Positions 44,455 through 57,281 of a stretch of DNA of 64,000 nucleotides are shown here, in pieces. The stretch lies in assembly GCF_027921745.1 (NCBI RefSeq), contig NC_079238.1:5332001-5396000 (forward strand), written 5' to 3'. The DNA is from Schizosaccharomyces osmophilus (Eukaryota). The notes below the pieces were generated by a model. That model worked only from the letters and a program-made list of their open reading frames with translations. It was not told the DNA's origin and made no database searches. The number at the start of each line of letters is the position of its first letter. The first letter of the stretch is position 1. The translations under genes were made by a program, and so were the position numbers.

Positions 44455-46996
44455 ATGACGAAGGAATGGGATGGTCGAAGAGAACAAATTGTCGAACTTT
44501 CCAAAGTTCATGGAATGACGGTTCGTGAATTGCAGACACGGATGTCGAAATTATACAATTTTGAAGCCAGGTAGGTTAGAATTGGTTGTTGATATTTTGT
44601 GACATGGAAGAATATTCTTTGAAGAAGGAAACCAAAGGAAATCAACGAAGAAATAGGGAGAAAGTTTGAAAAACTAGTTATATAGGGTCCCTAGAAAGAT
44701 TACAAAAGAGAAGCAACGGAGAAAGAATAATTGCGCGTCAAAGGCCCTCAGGTTAATTACATGTCGCAAGGAATGACCTTTGAAGTTGGAATTCTGGCGG
44801 TTCCATGCTTCAGTATTTTGGGTCCTTTGAGCTACAAACCGAAAGGAATGAAACTATACGTGCGCTTGTCTATTTCTATGGAAATATCATTTCATGTCCT
44901 ATCGTATCAACCATATGTTCTTCTTCTCTCATAGCTTTTACTAACTATGCCTCTTTAGTATCCGGTCTTACAAGCGCGTTCTCGCCAGATGGGGAATTCA
45001 TATACATCGGCAACGATTTATCTTACCGCGAACAGAAGAAGCAGTTGCTCGGACTGCTACAGGAGATGTTTCAAAAGCACTCGACGAGTTAGTTGCTCAA
45101 CTGTTTTTTGCAAGACAGAGCGATAAAGATTCTCTTGCCCAAATCGAAGCCAATTTTGGATTACGTCTATCAAAGCGTGCACTTCATTATCGTCGGAAAA
45201 GACTTTCTTTAAAACGTGCTATCACCAAAACTCAAGATTCTTCCAACTTTCACGATCCTACCTCATCGTCGCCAACAGCGCTCCATCTTTCTCAACAACA
45301 ATACCCACATTCTCTTTCATCGGCTTCCCGGTCCCAAGAGCAGCAAAGCATCCCGTTACTCGTTCATTCCTCTCTTCTTTCTACAGGAGCGTCCCCTCCT
45401 TCTTCTTCCGTTTCCTCTGCTTCTTCTTCCCACCCAAACTCAGTCCCTATGCCTGAGACAAGAACTCCTACACAATCGGTCCTTAATTCCCGTTCTCCCA
45501 TCACCGCTTCGTCTCCATCCAACACTCATCCTCATCCACTACCCATGATTCCTTCTTACTCTTCTAATTTCTCAGTTGCTCCAGAGTCTACATCCCCTTC
45601 TTCTCACGGCGCTTCCATTCCTTCTCTTCCGTACTTGCAGAATACGTCTGTTTTTCATCCTCCTGGCCCTCTTCATCCTTCTCAACTCGCTTTCCCACAC
45701 CATTTACCTACACAACCACCTCCTCCTCCCCATACTCCCCTTCCGTTTTTGTTCCATTCAAAAAAACAAGCGGCCCAGTCGCATATGAGTTACCCTCCTG
45801 AAACTCAAAATCATTCTTCTTCGTTCGTTCCTGCTCCGGTCCCTCAAGAGCCGTCTGAAAATCTTTCGGACCCTGCAATCGTTACTACAGCTTCCAATTC
45901 TTCCTATCCTTCTTCTCGCTTGCCACCATCAAACCAGTTTTACTTAAACCAAGTTCCTGGGTCTTCTTTTCCCGAGCAAACGCATCTTAATCATGATTCT
46001 ACTTCAGCAATGAATGTCGTGTCGCTTCCTCCCTATTCTTCATTCCCTTCCTCGTCTTCTCTCCCTCCTCTTCCCAGTTTGCCGCAACAAACTCAACCCC
46101 ATATTCCTTCTAGTCCCGTTGAAGCGAATGGAGAGCATTTGTCAGCGCGTCCTGCCAACCCTTCTGTAGCTTCTGTTTATGCAAATTATATGGGAGATCA
46201 ACAAGAAGACAGAAAATCGAGCCTTTCTCAAACATATATGCCTATGTCTGAGGAGGGACAACCGTTGCAGCTAACCCATCATGTTCCTCCAACACATTCT
46301 CCCATGCTGGCAGCAGCTTCTGACCATAAGGCTTCGATACCATCTTCCTTCGTTGGAGGGCATCACTTTCAATCACCAAAATCTCCAAACCTTAGGCAGC
46401 CTCATTTGGAGGTACCGGAACCCTCCATGCGTGAGCCGTTTTTGGAGCCTATTGATAAAGAAGTTAAGCCTTCGGAAGAATTATTAAACTCTATCCAATA
46501 TCAAATTGGCGAAACACATCGCGGCTCCATGTATTTACCTATGCTGAACGTACCAAATGCAGCAGCCCCTCAACAATCTTTGCCTCCTCCTAATACTTTT
46601 TATCAGGAAGGTATGACAAGTCCAAGCCAGCACGCTCAATATGCGATGCCGATGCAAAATTATTCTTCTGTTCAGTATCAGCCTGCGTTGCCTTCCAATG
46701 ATGCTATAAATCCACAAACACACTTTGCTTCTTCTCAACAGTTAAATATGCCCGAAGAGAATTCGGCTCAATATGCCATACCTAATGCCTATATGGGTCG
46801 ATTCCCCCAAACGTCTCATCATCCGTCTGCTAATTTACTGGATGCAAGTGCTTCATTGAACCCTGTTCAGAATCCACTTATTATGCTTCATCATGCTAAT
46901 CAAGATTACATTGCTATGGGTAGGCCTGAACACTCTATTCCAGAGCAAAGCCATGTTGTTCCCGCTTATTCTGATGTCGACTCGCGTTTTGTTTAG
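44455..46996 (+). CDS. clr5: Clr5-domain silencing factor, 2 exons (44455-44570, 44959-46996)
   Basis: Splicing GTAGGT...TACTAAC...TTTAG gives MTKEWDGRREQIVELSKVHGMTVRELQTRMSKLYNFEAS-IRSYKRVLARWGI (Clr5 domain), continuing in frame into the Pro/Ser-rich ORF 45449-46996. Confidence 0.88.
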
Positions 46997-48671
46997 GAAT
47001 AATTATCCACTAATTATTGTATAATCTCATTCTCTAATATTTTTGTGAATATCGTCTTTTCTTTTTTGTTTCGTTTTTATTTCTTTTAATTAACCACCAC
47101 ATCGCTCGTTTTTGCCTATGGAAATTTTATTGATGTCGAAAGTACTATTGATTTTACTATGTATTTACGGATTTTTTTTTTTTTTTTTCTTCTCTTTCTA
47201 TTTTTTGATTTTTGTACGGTTAGAGGACTCAATTTGGAAAAGTCATATTTTGATTTCTTGCTTTTGTGGGTTTAACAAATTGCCTGTTAGCTGTTTATAT
47301 AATATATCTTTCTTCAATTTAATTTAAACACTATCAAATACTTAATGATTGTCGGTCTGGTCGATCCAACCAAAAAAATGAGAAACTTTTGGTGATGTAT
47401 ATATAAAGTGGATAATTTTATGTAACGGTCTCGTTTCATCTCTATCGTTCATTTAAAAATATTTGTTTCATGGATCCCTTTTTATGTGTAAATATAAGGA
47501 ATAGATCGTATATCCATAGAACTTATTCGAGGCTGGATCTTGACCTTGAATATACCATACTAATAGCTCTTCCGATTTCAAGTGTCTGTTTCGTGGAAAA
47601 GGAATCATTTCCATCAAGTATTTTGACAAGGATGTACCAGGGAATATAGGTAGAGAGACGGTATGTTTAAAACGAGTAAACTTGGGTTCAAGGGACTCAT
47701 TGAATCATAGTTTGGATAAATGCTTCATACAAAGTAAGTGATAAAGTTTTGTAATGATAGAGCATATATAGGATCAGAAATTCACTGACTGAATACTATC
47801 CCGTTTCATTGAGGAGCAAGGGCATTAAATTCATATTGTCAATAAAAAGGGAAACCGGTTTGAAAAACAGTCCTCACGGTATAAGTTTGATGAAAACGAA
47901 GCATGCCTTTGAAGAAACTTTGCACACTTGAGACCACGGTAGAATTGACGACCCAAAGATAGTAAGGAAACGGTATAGAATTATAATAATGGCCCAAGTT
48001 ACTGATAAAAAGACTTCTATACACAAGGGTTTATCTTTTTGTCAAGAGAATAAATAAAAGAGAGAACGACAGGACAGGTACTAGTATCAGTTGCAAGTGG
48101 TTGCTCTTCATCTTTTTCTGCGAGAATGATACATTCCATCCGATATCGCTTATGGACTTGACTGATGTTATAGTCATTATCATTCATCCTCGAGTTCATG
48201 CAAGAGAAGTGTCCCCAAAGGCCCAAACAACCATAGTTTTTAACATTTTAAGAATATTCATGTAAATAAGTATTTAAATAAAAGTTAAATTGTCCGGAAA
48301 CGTGATATGATGACTTGGGAAGCTCGATGGAAATGCGCAGACTCAATTAACTCAGCTTGAGAACTTATCTTTACTTAAAGAACTCAAAGAAAAAAAAGCA
48401 GAATTAATAAATATTCTAGTAAGCCACTGTCTTTCGCAAAAGGTTAGAGGTGCGCTTTTCGTTGACCACGGGAATGAGGACCCACAAATTAAGCATAGGA
48501 GATCAATAAACAAGAGTTTTATTAAAAAAATGGAAGAAAATGAATAAAATATTTAGTGGTTTTGAGTTTTTACGTTTAGTTAGCAAAGCCTTTCGTTACC
48601 ACTCCTTCAGACCTAGGCTCAGTACACCGACCGAGAGCCAAACACACTGTTGGAAACATAGCAGGTCAGAT

Positions 48672-50968
48672 ATGGGTGAATCTGCTAAGAATTCCACGAA
48701 AAAGGTGGTTAACTCACATGAAAAGGACTGGAAGATTCCTTTGAAGGTCCTCATTCTTTTCTGTATTATCGGTAAGTTTATACTGACTAGATATCATAAA
48801 GAGTGGATTTACTGACAAGAACGCAATTAGTTACTTCTGCCTCTTCTAGATTATTTTCTGTAATTCGTTATGAATCTATCATTCATGAATTCGATCCTTG
48901 GTTCAATTTCCGAGCGACAAAAGTGTTGGTTGAACAAGGCTTCTATAACTTCCTTAACTGGTTCGATGAACGCAGCTGGTATCCTTTAGGCCGTGTAGCT
49001 GGTGGTACTCTTTACCCCGGGCTTATGGTGACTTCTGGCATCATCTATAAAGCACTACATTTCCTTAAACTTGATGTTGATATTCGTGATATTTGCGTGT
49101 TGCTAGCCCCTGCATTTTCCGGACTTACAGCTATTGCTACTTACTACCTTGCAAGAGAACTGAAAAACGACGCCTGTGGTCTTTTAGCTGCCGCTTTTAT
49201 GGGTATTGCACCTGGTTATACATCACGCTCTGTTGCTGGTTCATACGACAATGAGGCTATTGCTATTACACTTCTCATGTCTACTTTTGCGTTATGGATT
49301 AAAGCTGTTAAGACCGGAGCTTCTTTTTGGGGTGCTTGCACTGGCTTGTTGTACTTTTATATGGTAACTGCTTGGGGTGGTTATGTATTCATCACGAATA
49401 TGATCCCTTTGCATGTTTTCGTCTTACTATTAATGGGGCGCTATACTTCTAAACTTTACATTGCTTACACTTCTTATTATGTTATCGGTCTTTTGTCCTC
49501 TATGCAGGTACCTTTCGTTGGCTTTCAACCTGTCTCCACTAGTGAGCACATGGCTGCCATGGGTGTCTTTGGCTTGATTCAGCTCTATGCATTCTACTAT
49601 TATGTAAAGGGTCTTGTTTCTTCCCAGCAATTTCAAACTTTGCTTCGTTTAGCTTTGGGTGCTCTTGTAGTTGGTGCTTCAATCGGTCTTTTCTTCCTCT
49701 CTTCTTCCGGTGTGATTGCCCCCTGGACTGGTCGTTTTTACTCTCTTTGGGATACCAATTACGCTAAGATTCACATTCCCATTATAGCATCTGTCTCTGA
49801 ACATCAACCTCCTACTTGGAGCTCTTTGTTCTTTGATCTTCAATTGTTAATTTGGCTTTTGCCTGTTGGTGTTTATCTTTGCTTCAAGGAGCTTCGCAAT
49901 GAACATGTTTTCATCATTATCTATGCTGTAATGGGTACTTATTTCTGTGGTGTCATGGTTCGTTTAATCTTGACTCTCACTCCTTGTGTGTGTATCGCTG
50001 CTGCTGTGTCTATCTCAACACTTTTGGATACTTATTTTGGTCCTGATGCCGAAGAATCTGTACCTTCCGGTAAAACCACTAAGAGTAAACCGAGATTATT
50101 CCAATATTTCTTGTCGGGTACTTCGAACGTTGGTATCTACAACATGCTTTCTAGAATAATGGTTCTTGGTTCCATCACATATTTCCTCGTTCTTTTCGTC
50201 TACCACTCCAGCTGGGTTACTTCCAACGCTTACTCTTCTCCTACAGTAGTTTTGTCTACTGTTTTGAACGATGGTAGTTTGATGTATATTGATGACTTCC
50301 GTGAGGTTTATGACTGGTTGCGTCGGAATACTCCCAATGATGCTAAGGTTATGAGTTGGTGGGATTATGGTTACCAAATCGCTGGTATGGCTGATCGTCC
50401 AACTCTTGTCGATAACAACACTTGGAATAACACTCATATCGCTACGGTCGGTAAGGCTATGTCCTCGAACGAGGAAGCTGCTTATCCTATTCTCCGTAAG
50501 CATGATGTTGATTACATATTAATTATATATGGCGGTACGCTCGGGTTCAGCAGTGACGATATGAATAAGTTCTTATGGATGATTCGTATCTCCCAGGGCT
50601 TATGGCCTGAGGATATCATCGAACGTAACTTCTTCACTCGCAGTGGAGAATATCGTACTGATGATGCTGCTAGTCCAACTATGCGTGAATCCTTAATGTA
50701 CAAGATGTCTTACCATGGAGCTTGGAAGCTGTTCCCTCCTGGCCAAGGTTATGACCGCAGCAGAGGCCAAAAATTACCAACCAAAGATCCACAGCTCTTT
50801 ACCATCGAAGAAGCCTTTACTTCCATGCATCATCTTGTCCGTTTGTATAAGGTGAAGAAGCCTGATACTTTCGGAAGAGATTTGAAACAGGTTTCGTTGT
50901 TTGAAGAAGGAAAGCGTAAAAAGATACGCCGCCCTACGAAAATGAACGAGCGTCCTTTAAGGGCCTAA
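48672..50968 (+). CDS. stt3: Oligosaccharyltransferase catalytic subunit, 2 exons (48672-48771, 48831-50968)
   Basis: IIHEFDPWFN, GSYDNE, SVSEHQP, WWDYG, DNNTWN. Confidence 0.98.
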
Positions 50969-51138
50969 GAAATGATGTTACGCTTAAAAGTACATTCTTG
51001 TATGATTTAATTTGGTAAGATATATGCATCAATCTTCAATTACTGTAGATGTTATTTTAATAAACTTAACAAATTTTGAAAAGCAAAAAAATAAAAATAT
51101 ATACAAACTGTGTATTCATGTCGATACATAGCAAGTTT

Positions 51139-51936
51139 TTAATCAATCTGCCCTTCCGCTTGCTTAACGGTACCGGAATCTTGTTTGTAATTTTCGATAG
51201 CTTGATCTAAACATTTCAGATTCTCATCTTGCGACAGATTATAATTCAAACGGAAAGGATGCTGAAATATGTAGTTACTAACATTCGGAATGTCTTTCAA
51301 GTGTTTTAAATAGCGAACGGCACAAACCAACATAAAATCCTTTCGATAATCAACGGTTGAATGAGAAAAGTCCGAAACATGGATATGATTAAATGGATGA
51401 GCAGCACACTTCACTTCTGAGTCGTCAATAATGACCGTATTATACTGAGACCAGTTGGCAGCTTTTCCGTTTCCATCTGTTTTAAGATTTTCCCAAATTG
51501 CATCTAAGTTTTTAAATGTTTGCACTTTGCTGTTGAAATGAGCTGTACTTAAACCCATATTTTCGCGAGTCCAACAGGCCGTTAGAGACTTGATCTGTTC
51601 AGAAGTCATGATACAATTTAGCATCGCATTAACGTTATCGCGCCTAGAAGAGCTATAGACCATAACAGAATAGTTTGAGAACGCATATTTCAAAAAATTT
51701 TTAACACCTGGACGTGGAATTGCTGTAGAAGAAGCACTACTCACGGACGTATGTGAACGGTCTTTTATAGGTCTACTTAATAGCGTTCCGTTCAAATCTA
51801 AAACTAGTAGTTTCCTGTTGTCGGTTTCGATACCTTTATTTTTGAGCCTTTCGAGGTAGAATTGTGAAGGTTTGGGTGTCATTATGGGCCTAATAAAATA
51901 TGGTCTTTTTGCAAGCTGTGGAAACCGAATAAACAT
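51139..51936 (-). CDS. NIF/FCP1-homology (HAD) phosphatase-like protein
   Basis: KLLVLDLNGTLL, PRPGVKNFL, VMVYSS, FKNL, NTVIIDDS..K. Confidence 0.88.
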   Translation of the reverse strand: MFIRFPQLAKRPYFIRPIMTPKPSQFYLERLKNKGIETDNRKLLVLDLNGTLLSRPIKDRSHTSVSSASSTAIPRPGVKNFLKYAFSNYSVMVYSSSRRDNVNAMLNCIMTSEQIKSLTACWTRENMGLSTAHFNSKVQTFKNLDAIWENLKTDGNGKAANWSQYNTVIIDDSEVKCAAHPFNHIHVSDFSHSTVDYRKDFMLVCAVRYLKHLKDIPNVSNYIFQHPFRLNYNLSQDENLKCLDQAIENYKQDSGTVKQAEGQID

Positions 51937-52552
51937 GAAGGAATGCTACTAATCAGAGATGATGGATCACTGCTTTTAATTGTCAGTCTAAAAGAGAACC
52001 GAACAAACCATAAACTTACGCAGTATTCCGTTAACTAGTGAAATTTTTATCTGTTAACTTACTGCTCAGAAACAAGCAACTTATTGGATGGTTTAATACT
52101 GTTTCTTTCAATATGGAACTGTGTTTACGACAGAACTTGTCCAGCAAAGCGCTTTTGAAGAAACTGAAATAAAAGTTTTAAATAATAATTGGTTTGCATT
52201 TTTCAAGTCAAACTAATGAGGAACTGCTTGTAGACGCTCTAGCTAAGCGCTCTAATGAATTGCAGAAACAATATACATACGAACTTGGCAAAGACATTAT
52301 TTGCAGTAAATCTTTAGATGCTCTATAAAGGTTATCCGAGAAAAGTAATAGTACATAGCTGTTAGTGATTATCAAACAATAGATGAAGGCAGATGAAATA
52401 AAGCCTTGGCTTTTAGGAGGTAATTATATTACTTTTTGATAAATATCTATCTTTCTGAGTTGACACGCTCTTCCAAGTATTTGTCTTTTTTGTTTACTTA
52501 ATGGAAGAACAACAGGTAGAGAGAAACAAGTAAAATACGAATAATATGTGAT

Positions 52553-53704
52553 CTATTTCGCAAAGGTAGAAGCGACAATTAGCGGAAAAAGAAGACTTAC
52601 TTCACCGTAGACCTTGAGCTGTGTTAGATACGATAGTATTTATGTGAATGCTTACCTTTACTCTTTTAGCATCAGAACGGATCTTTCCCCAACTGACGGC
52701 CTCATCAGGTCGTGCACCGGCATCGCTTCCGTCGAACTCATTTCCAGAATTGATGTACACGCTCCAGTCAGCGCCATTACGCATTAAGTTTGCATTACAG
52801 ATATGATGCTTCACAACACCACCTCCGAGGATAATGATGCCTGTTTTGTTGGCACGCACAGCATGCGAATTGATATTACGGATATCGGCCACGATATCAA
52901 GGCTAATAGGACGTGGGTCGGCCTTGTAGGTATGAAAGTAAAGCATGTCACCAATTGAACCATCTGTCAAAGCAGGGCAATAAACTGGTATATTGTTTTT
53001 ATAAGCCCAATAGTAAACGCTTCTCTCATCATTTATTTCCTTACCAAGACGATGGATGAAGGAAGAAGGAGTCCAGTGTGTACCAAGAGTTTCTTGTTCT
53101 TCAACCATCTTGTCCAAAATGGGCATGAGCCACTCTTCAAAGCGACAATAGTTGTCGTTAGGTACAATGAGGTTGCCGATACGATTTAGTCCTTTTTCGC
53201 GAAGACCTTTTCCTTCCATGTGGAATTCACCAAGATAAGTGGGACCAAGGCATTTGATCAAATCTTCTTCCACACCTCCTGCGGTAGTTACAAGGACGTC
53301 AACGCATTTGTTCTGTACTAAATAACGCAAGATTTCACGAATACCGGACGAAATTAGGTTACTGGTGTAGCCAAGAAAGACGGTAGCCTTTTCACTCTTT
53401 CCTTCCGGAGGATTGGGATCACGCCAATCTTTCTAGACTTAAGTTAATCTTGGATTTCAAAAGAAAGAAAAAGATATATATTTCTTACCATCTCGTTAAT
53501 AATTTGGATTGCTTGGCTAAGGTGCGTAGCTTGAAATCCCATCTTCCCATAGGATTGCATCAACTCTTCGACAGAGATTCCAGGTCCTCCATTCTGCTTT
53601 CGCTCATCGTAATGATTGAAATCGGGGCCCTCAACAATCACATCCATTCCTTGGGGTTTCTCAGAAGCCACAAAGACAGCATTCTTCGCAGAGTTTTCTT
53701 CCAT
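52553..53704 (-). CDS. dys1: Deoxyhypusine synthase, 3 exons (53704-53489, 53432-52656, 52612-52553)
   Basis: [48 protein letters not shown]; spliced tail [20 protein letters not shown]. Confidence 0.96.
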
Positions 53705-54733
53705 TGTTTTATATTTCTATTAACAAAAAATAAAAAGTATTAAAAATCCAAAAATCCAAATTTTCTACGGTTCAAATGATCACTACCAAAATCTCAAAAT
53801 TTTTTATGAAAAACCAACTAAAAATACAAAGTTAGTAACAAGCAATTGCAATTATTAAAAGAATGACAAAATTACATTCTAATAAGCAAAAAACACTAAT
53901 GTATCGCCTTTTATTTATACTTGGTTTGTTTTGTTGAGTTGGGAAGATGGAAGATGTGGTACGTTAAATGTTTTTAATAGAAAATAAACAGAAGAGAAAA
54001 ATAAAAAAAATAAACAAGAAAAGATTCTTGATTCATACGCATATTCAATTATCTGAATGAATAATTAAACAAGAACTATGGACATGGTCAGATGGATTGT
54101 TGAGAAAATTTCTTCTCAAACAACAACAGCAATATCCAAGGTACCTTACATTGCTTGAAATGTAATAAGGTAAATTTGGCAACTATCATATTTATTTAGG
54201 GGCCATTTGCAGTTTCCATTCGAAGCATGAATGCGGATTATGGTGATTTCAAATCAATTAAACCATAAATGTGTCGTCCATGATATTATCTATCATAGCA
54301 AAGAGGAAAAAATAAAAAAAGGTGAATACAAAACAAAAGGGTTTCATTGTAGGAAAATTATTTCGTTGACTGGATGCATAGAAGCAAAACAAGAGGATAA
54401 AATAAACGGTTTAGGCATGCTGTAGCAAATCGGAAGCAAAAAGGAATTCTAGTATAAGTAAATGTAATGTAAAAGCTTAGATCAGGAAAGCCACGGATGC
54501 AGGTACAAGGAGAACAATCATAAAAATATTAAAATAAGGGTGAAACATTAAGATTAGATTGCTAAAGGTTCTTTAGAAGAATTAAAGGATCCATAAAGCA
54601 TACAATTGAAAAAAAAAACTCTTTTGAGGTTGGAAAGATGCAAACAAAAAGTACAAAGCAAAGGTCCATCAATCATTACGAAAAAAAATCTGACCGGGAA
54701 AGTGAAAGCGGAATTTGGAGGTATTGAACCAGT

Positions 54734-55381
54734 TTATACTTTACTAATCAATCCGTCACAGTGCTCCTTTTCTAGTTTAAGACGGTTTCGTTCATGTTCC
54801 TCCTTTCGTAGATTCTTGAGAGCATTACAATCATGATCTTCCATGAGTCGATGGGCGGCGCAATAAGCCATGTCGCAATGTAAGCAGTGGCCAGCCAAGC
54901 GAAGTGTCAGTTTTGTACAAGTTGGCTGCGAACAGCGTCTTCTGAATGGATGGGAAGAAGGGGGAGAAGCAGTGGCCTTGATGGGATTTTGTTCAGAAGG
55001 TGGCAAGGGAGGAATCGTAGTTTTAAAGGTTGAGGCGGAAACGGAAGAGTTACATGAAGGGAGGGAAGAGAATTGTGAAGGATGCATAGGTTCTACACTC
55101 AAATAAAACGACAAGGGAGAAGAGTCATCAAAGACAGAGTGATCCATAGGGGAAGAAGATAAGGGGGAAAGGCAAATGACAGAGTCTTGTGAAATTCCAT
55201 AATTATTACAAGTTAAATCCATATTGAGACGGGCGCCATGGTAATAGAAACGGTAAAACAGCTTTGCATTGTCAGGAAGGATTCCTTGGCGGGACAAAAG
55301 ATCAAAAATTTGCCCGATGAGAGTATCGGGATGAATATCGATTGTATAAGAGATTCTGCCGGATAAAATTTGGAGAAGCAT
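54734..55381 (-). CDS. AN1-type zinc-finger protein with N-terminal ubiquitin-like region (215 aa)
   Basis: First ATG at 55381. C-terminal C-x4-C...C-x2-C-x4-C-x2-H-x5-H-x-C finger; UBL-like pattern FYYHGARL...YGISQDSVICL. Confidence 0.88.
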   Translation of the reverse strand: MLLQILSGRISYTIDIHPDTLIGQIFDLLSRQGILPDNAKLFYRFYYHGARLNMDLTCNNYGISQDSVICLSPLSSSPMDHSVFDDSSPLSFYLSVEPMHPSQFSSLPSCNSSVSASTFKTTIPPLPPSEQNPIKATASPPSSHPFRRRCSQPTCTKLTLRLAGHCLHCDMAYCAAHRLMEDHDCNALKNLRKEEHERNRLKLEKEHCDGLISKV

Positions 55382-56913
55382 GGAGGCGTCGAAAAGAGCT
55401 AACAAGCAAGATTTGCAACGAACACGGAATCGGAAACGAAAAGGGAAAAGTTATGTATGATGAACAAGTGAATGAATTCAACGTTATCAAAGGTCAAAAT
55501 TGAGGGAAGAGTACGACAGAGGAGGAAGAAGGAAGCAACAGAACGGATTCAAAACAGAGAAGAAGTAAACAAGGATATGAAAAAAATCCTTTAGATAGGG
55601 TAAAACAAATTGAATTGAAATTGAGGTAGGAAGAATAAAAAGCAAACGAGAAAGGAAACCAGACTTCAATGCAATGGACCTCACAAGGTAATCAATTCAT
55701 AAACAATTCAAACGGAACCGCAAAGTTAATGTCAATTGAAACTGTTCTAGAGTAAAAGAAAAAGAATTCTACTATGAAACAGTAAAATCCAGGAACAGAT
55801 TTGAGTATAGGGATTGGGATTGAGATTGGAATAGGGAAAGAGTAGAAAGCAATAGGAAGGAAGAAGGAAGTGGGTGTACGAGATTCGCTGGCCTAATAAG
55901 TTGTGTCAAAACTGCGGGTAAGGTTGTCATTGCGTACTATGAACCATGATTTGCCGATACGTTTCGTTTTGTTATACTGAGGAAGGCCAATGCCTAACAA
56001 ACAAGAAGGAGAGTCTTTAGAGATGGAAGAAACGAAAGCAACAATAACAAAAGAAAAACAAAGAAACCCAAGTTCTAGTAAAGGATATGCGAGGTCAACT
56101 TGTGCAGGATACAAGACACAAGTAAAGCTCATCGAACAGGATCATTTGTATAGTATCCTTTTGTGTTCCTCCTAAGAGTGAATACGATTGTATGAGTGCG
56201 TAGAAAATTCAGAGGCAAAGACGTTTCTAAGCATCAAAATGGTATAGTTATAAAGCTAAAAGTGATTTTCAAGTAGTTATAGAGTTGGCCGTCATTGCGA
56301 AAGCCCATGGCTCCTGGTCCTCTTTTCTCATATCTGCTCATTAGCATAACGGTAACTGAAACCGGGATGAAGCCGGAAACCTTGAGTTTACGAGGTTGTT
56401 AGAAAGAAAATGGAATCGATGTACGTTTGAAATAATCGTAAAGCTCGTTGCACCGCTGGTTTTGCATTCATTTCGAAAACTCTTGTTTATTTACATGATC
56501 CAAGATGATAATACATCATAGAAAAATTATCTAAGCGAAGGTACTGACTGATTTGGAAATGAAAAGATTGAATCCATGAATGGAAATAATTTTATGATTT
56601 CACACAATTCAAGGAAGCAAAATGAATAGGAATTTTGATTCTAAGCGATATGAAACTATGTTTGATATGCCGTTACAGAGTTCCTAAAATCGGAAAAGGA
56701 AGAAACCAAGTGTTAAATGCATGAGACTACAGAGTTGAAGCTATTAGGCAACAGGTCGTTGAAAAAGTTTGTTCGGAATACTTTATACGGTAAATTCTTC
56801 CACTGCCCAGCCTTGGTAGGATTGCGATGTAGTCTTTTCGAGGTCATTTTCATTTGCATTTTTCTAAAATTCTTCCTTCTATCCTAAAAAGAGGAAAAAT
56901 TTACGGTAGTCGA

Positions 56914-56985
56914 AGGTCGTACTGGGAATCGAACCCAGGTCTCGAGAATCAAAATCTCATGTGCTAGCCATTACACCATACAACC
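56914..56985 (-). tRNA. tRNA-Gln(TTG)
   Basis: Cloverleaf GGTTGTA/TACGACC acceptor, GTGT/GCAC D stem, TGAGA-TT TTG AT-TCTCG anticodon arm, CTGGG TTCGATT CCCAG T arm. Confidence 0.96.
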
Positions 56986-57198
56986 GTGTTGAGCTCCAGT
57001 AAAAAATAGCAAATATATAGCAACACCTACGAAAGAGGAAAGAAGGCTTTTGAAAACTAGAAAGTCCTTGTCTTAATGAAGGTAGCACCATTAGAACGAT
57101 GGAACAAAAGGCGAGCGTTCGCTTCCAACTCGCCAGGATTGCTCCTATTGAAGGAGGATCTTATAATAAAAAACAAGCTAATTCGTTTTCTGAAAAAG

Positions 57199-57281
57199 TC
57201 CCGGGTAGCTCAATCGGTTTAGAGCGTCTGACTCTTACGAAGGTCATCAGAAGGTTGCGAGTTCGAGTCTCGCCTTGGGAG
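57199..57281 (+). tRNA. tRNA-Lys(CTT) with 8-nt intron (57238-57245)
   Basis: TCCCGGG/CTTGGGA acceptor, TCTGA-CT CTT A[CGAAGGTC]A-TCAGA anticodon arm, GCGAG TTCGAGT CTCGC T arm, T-run terminator downstream. Confidence 0.96.
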
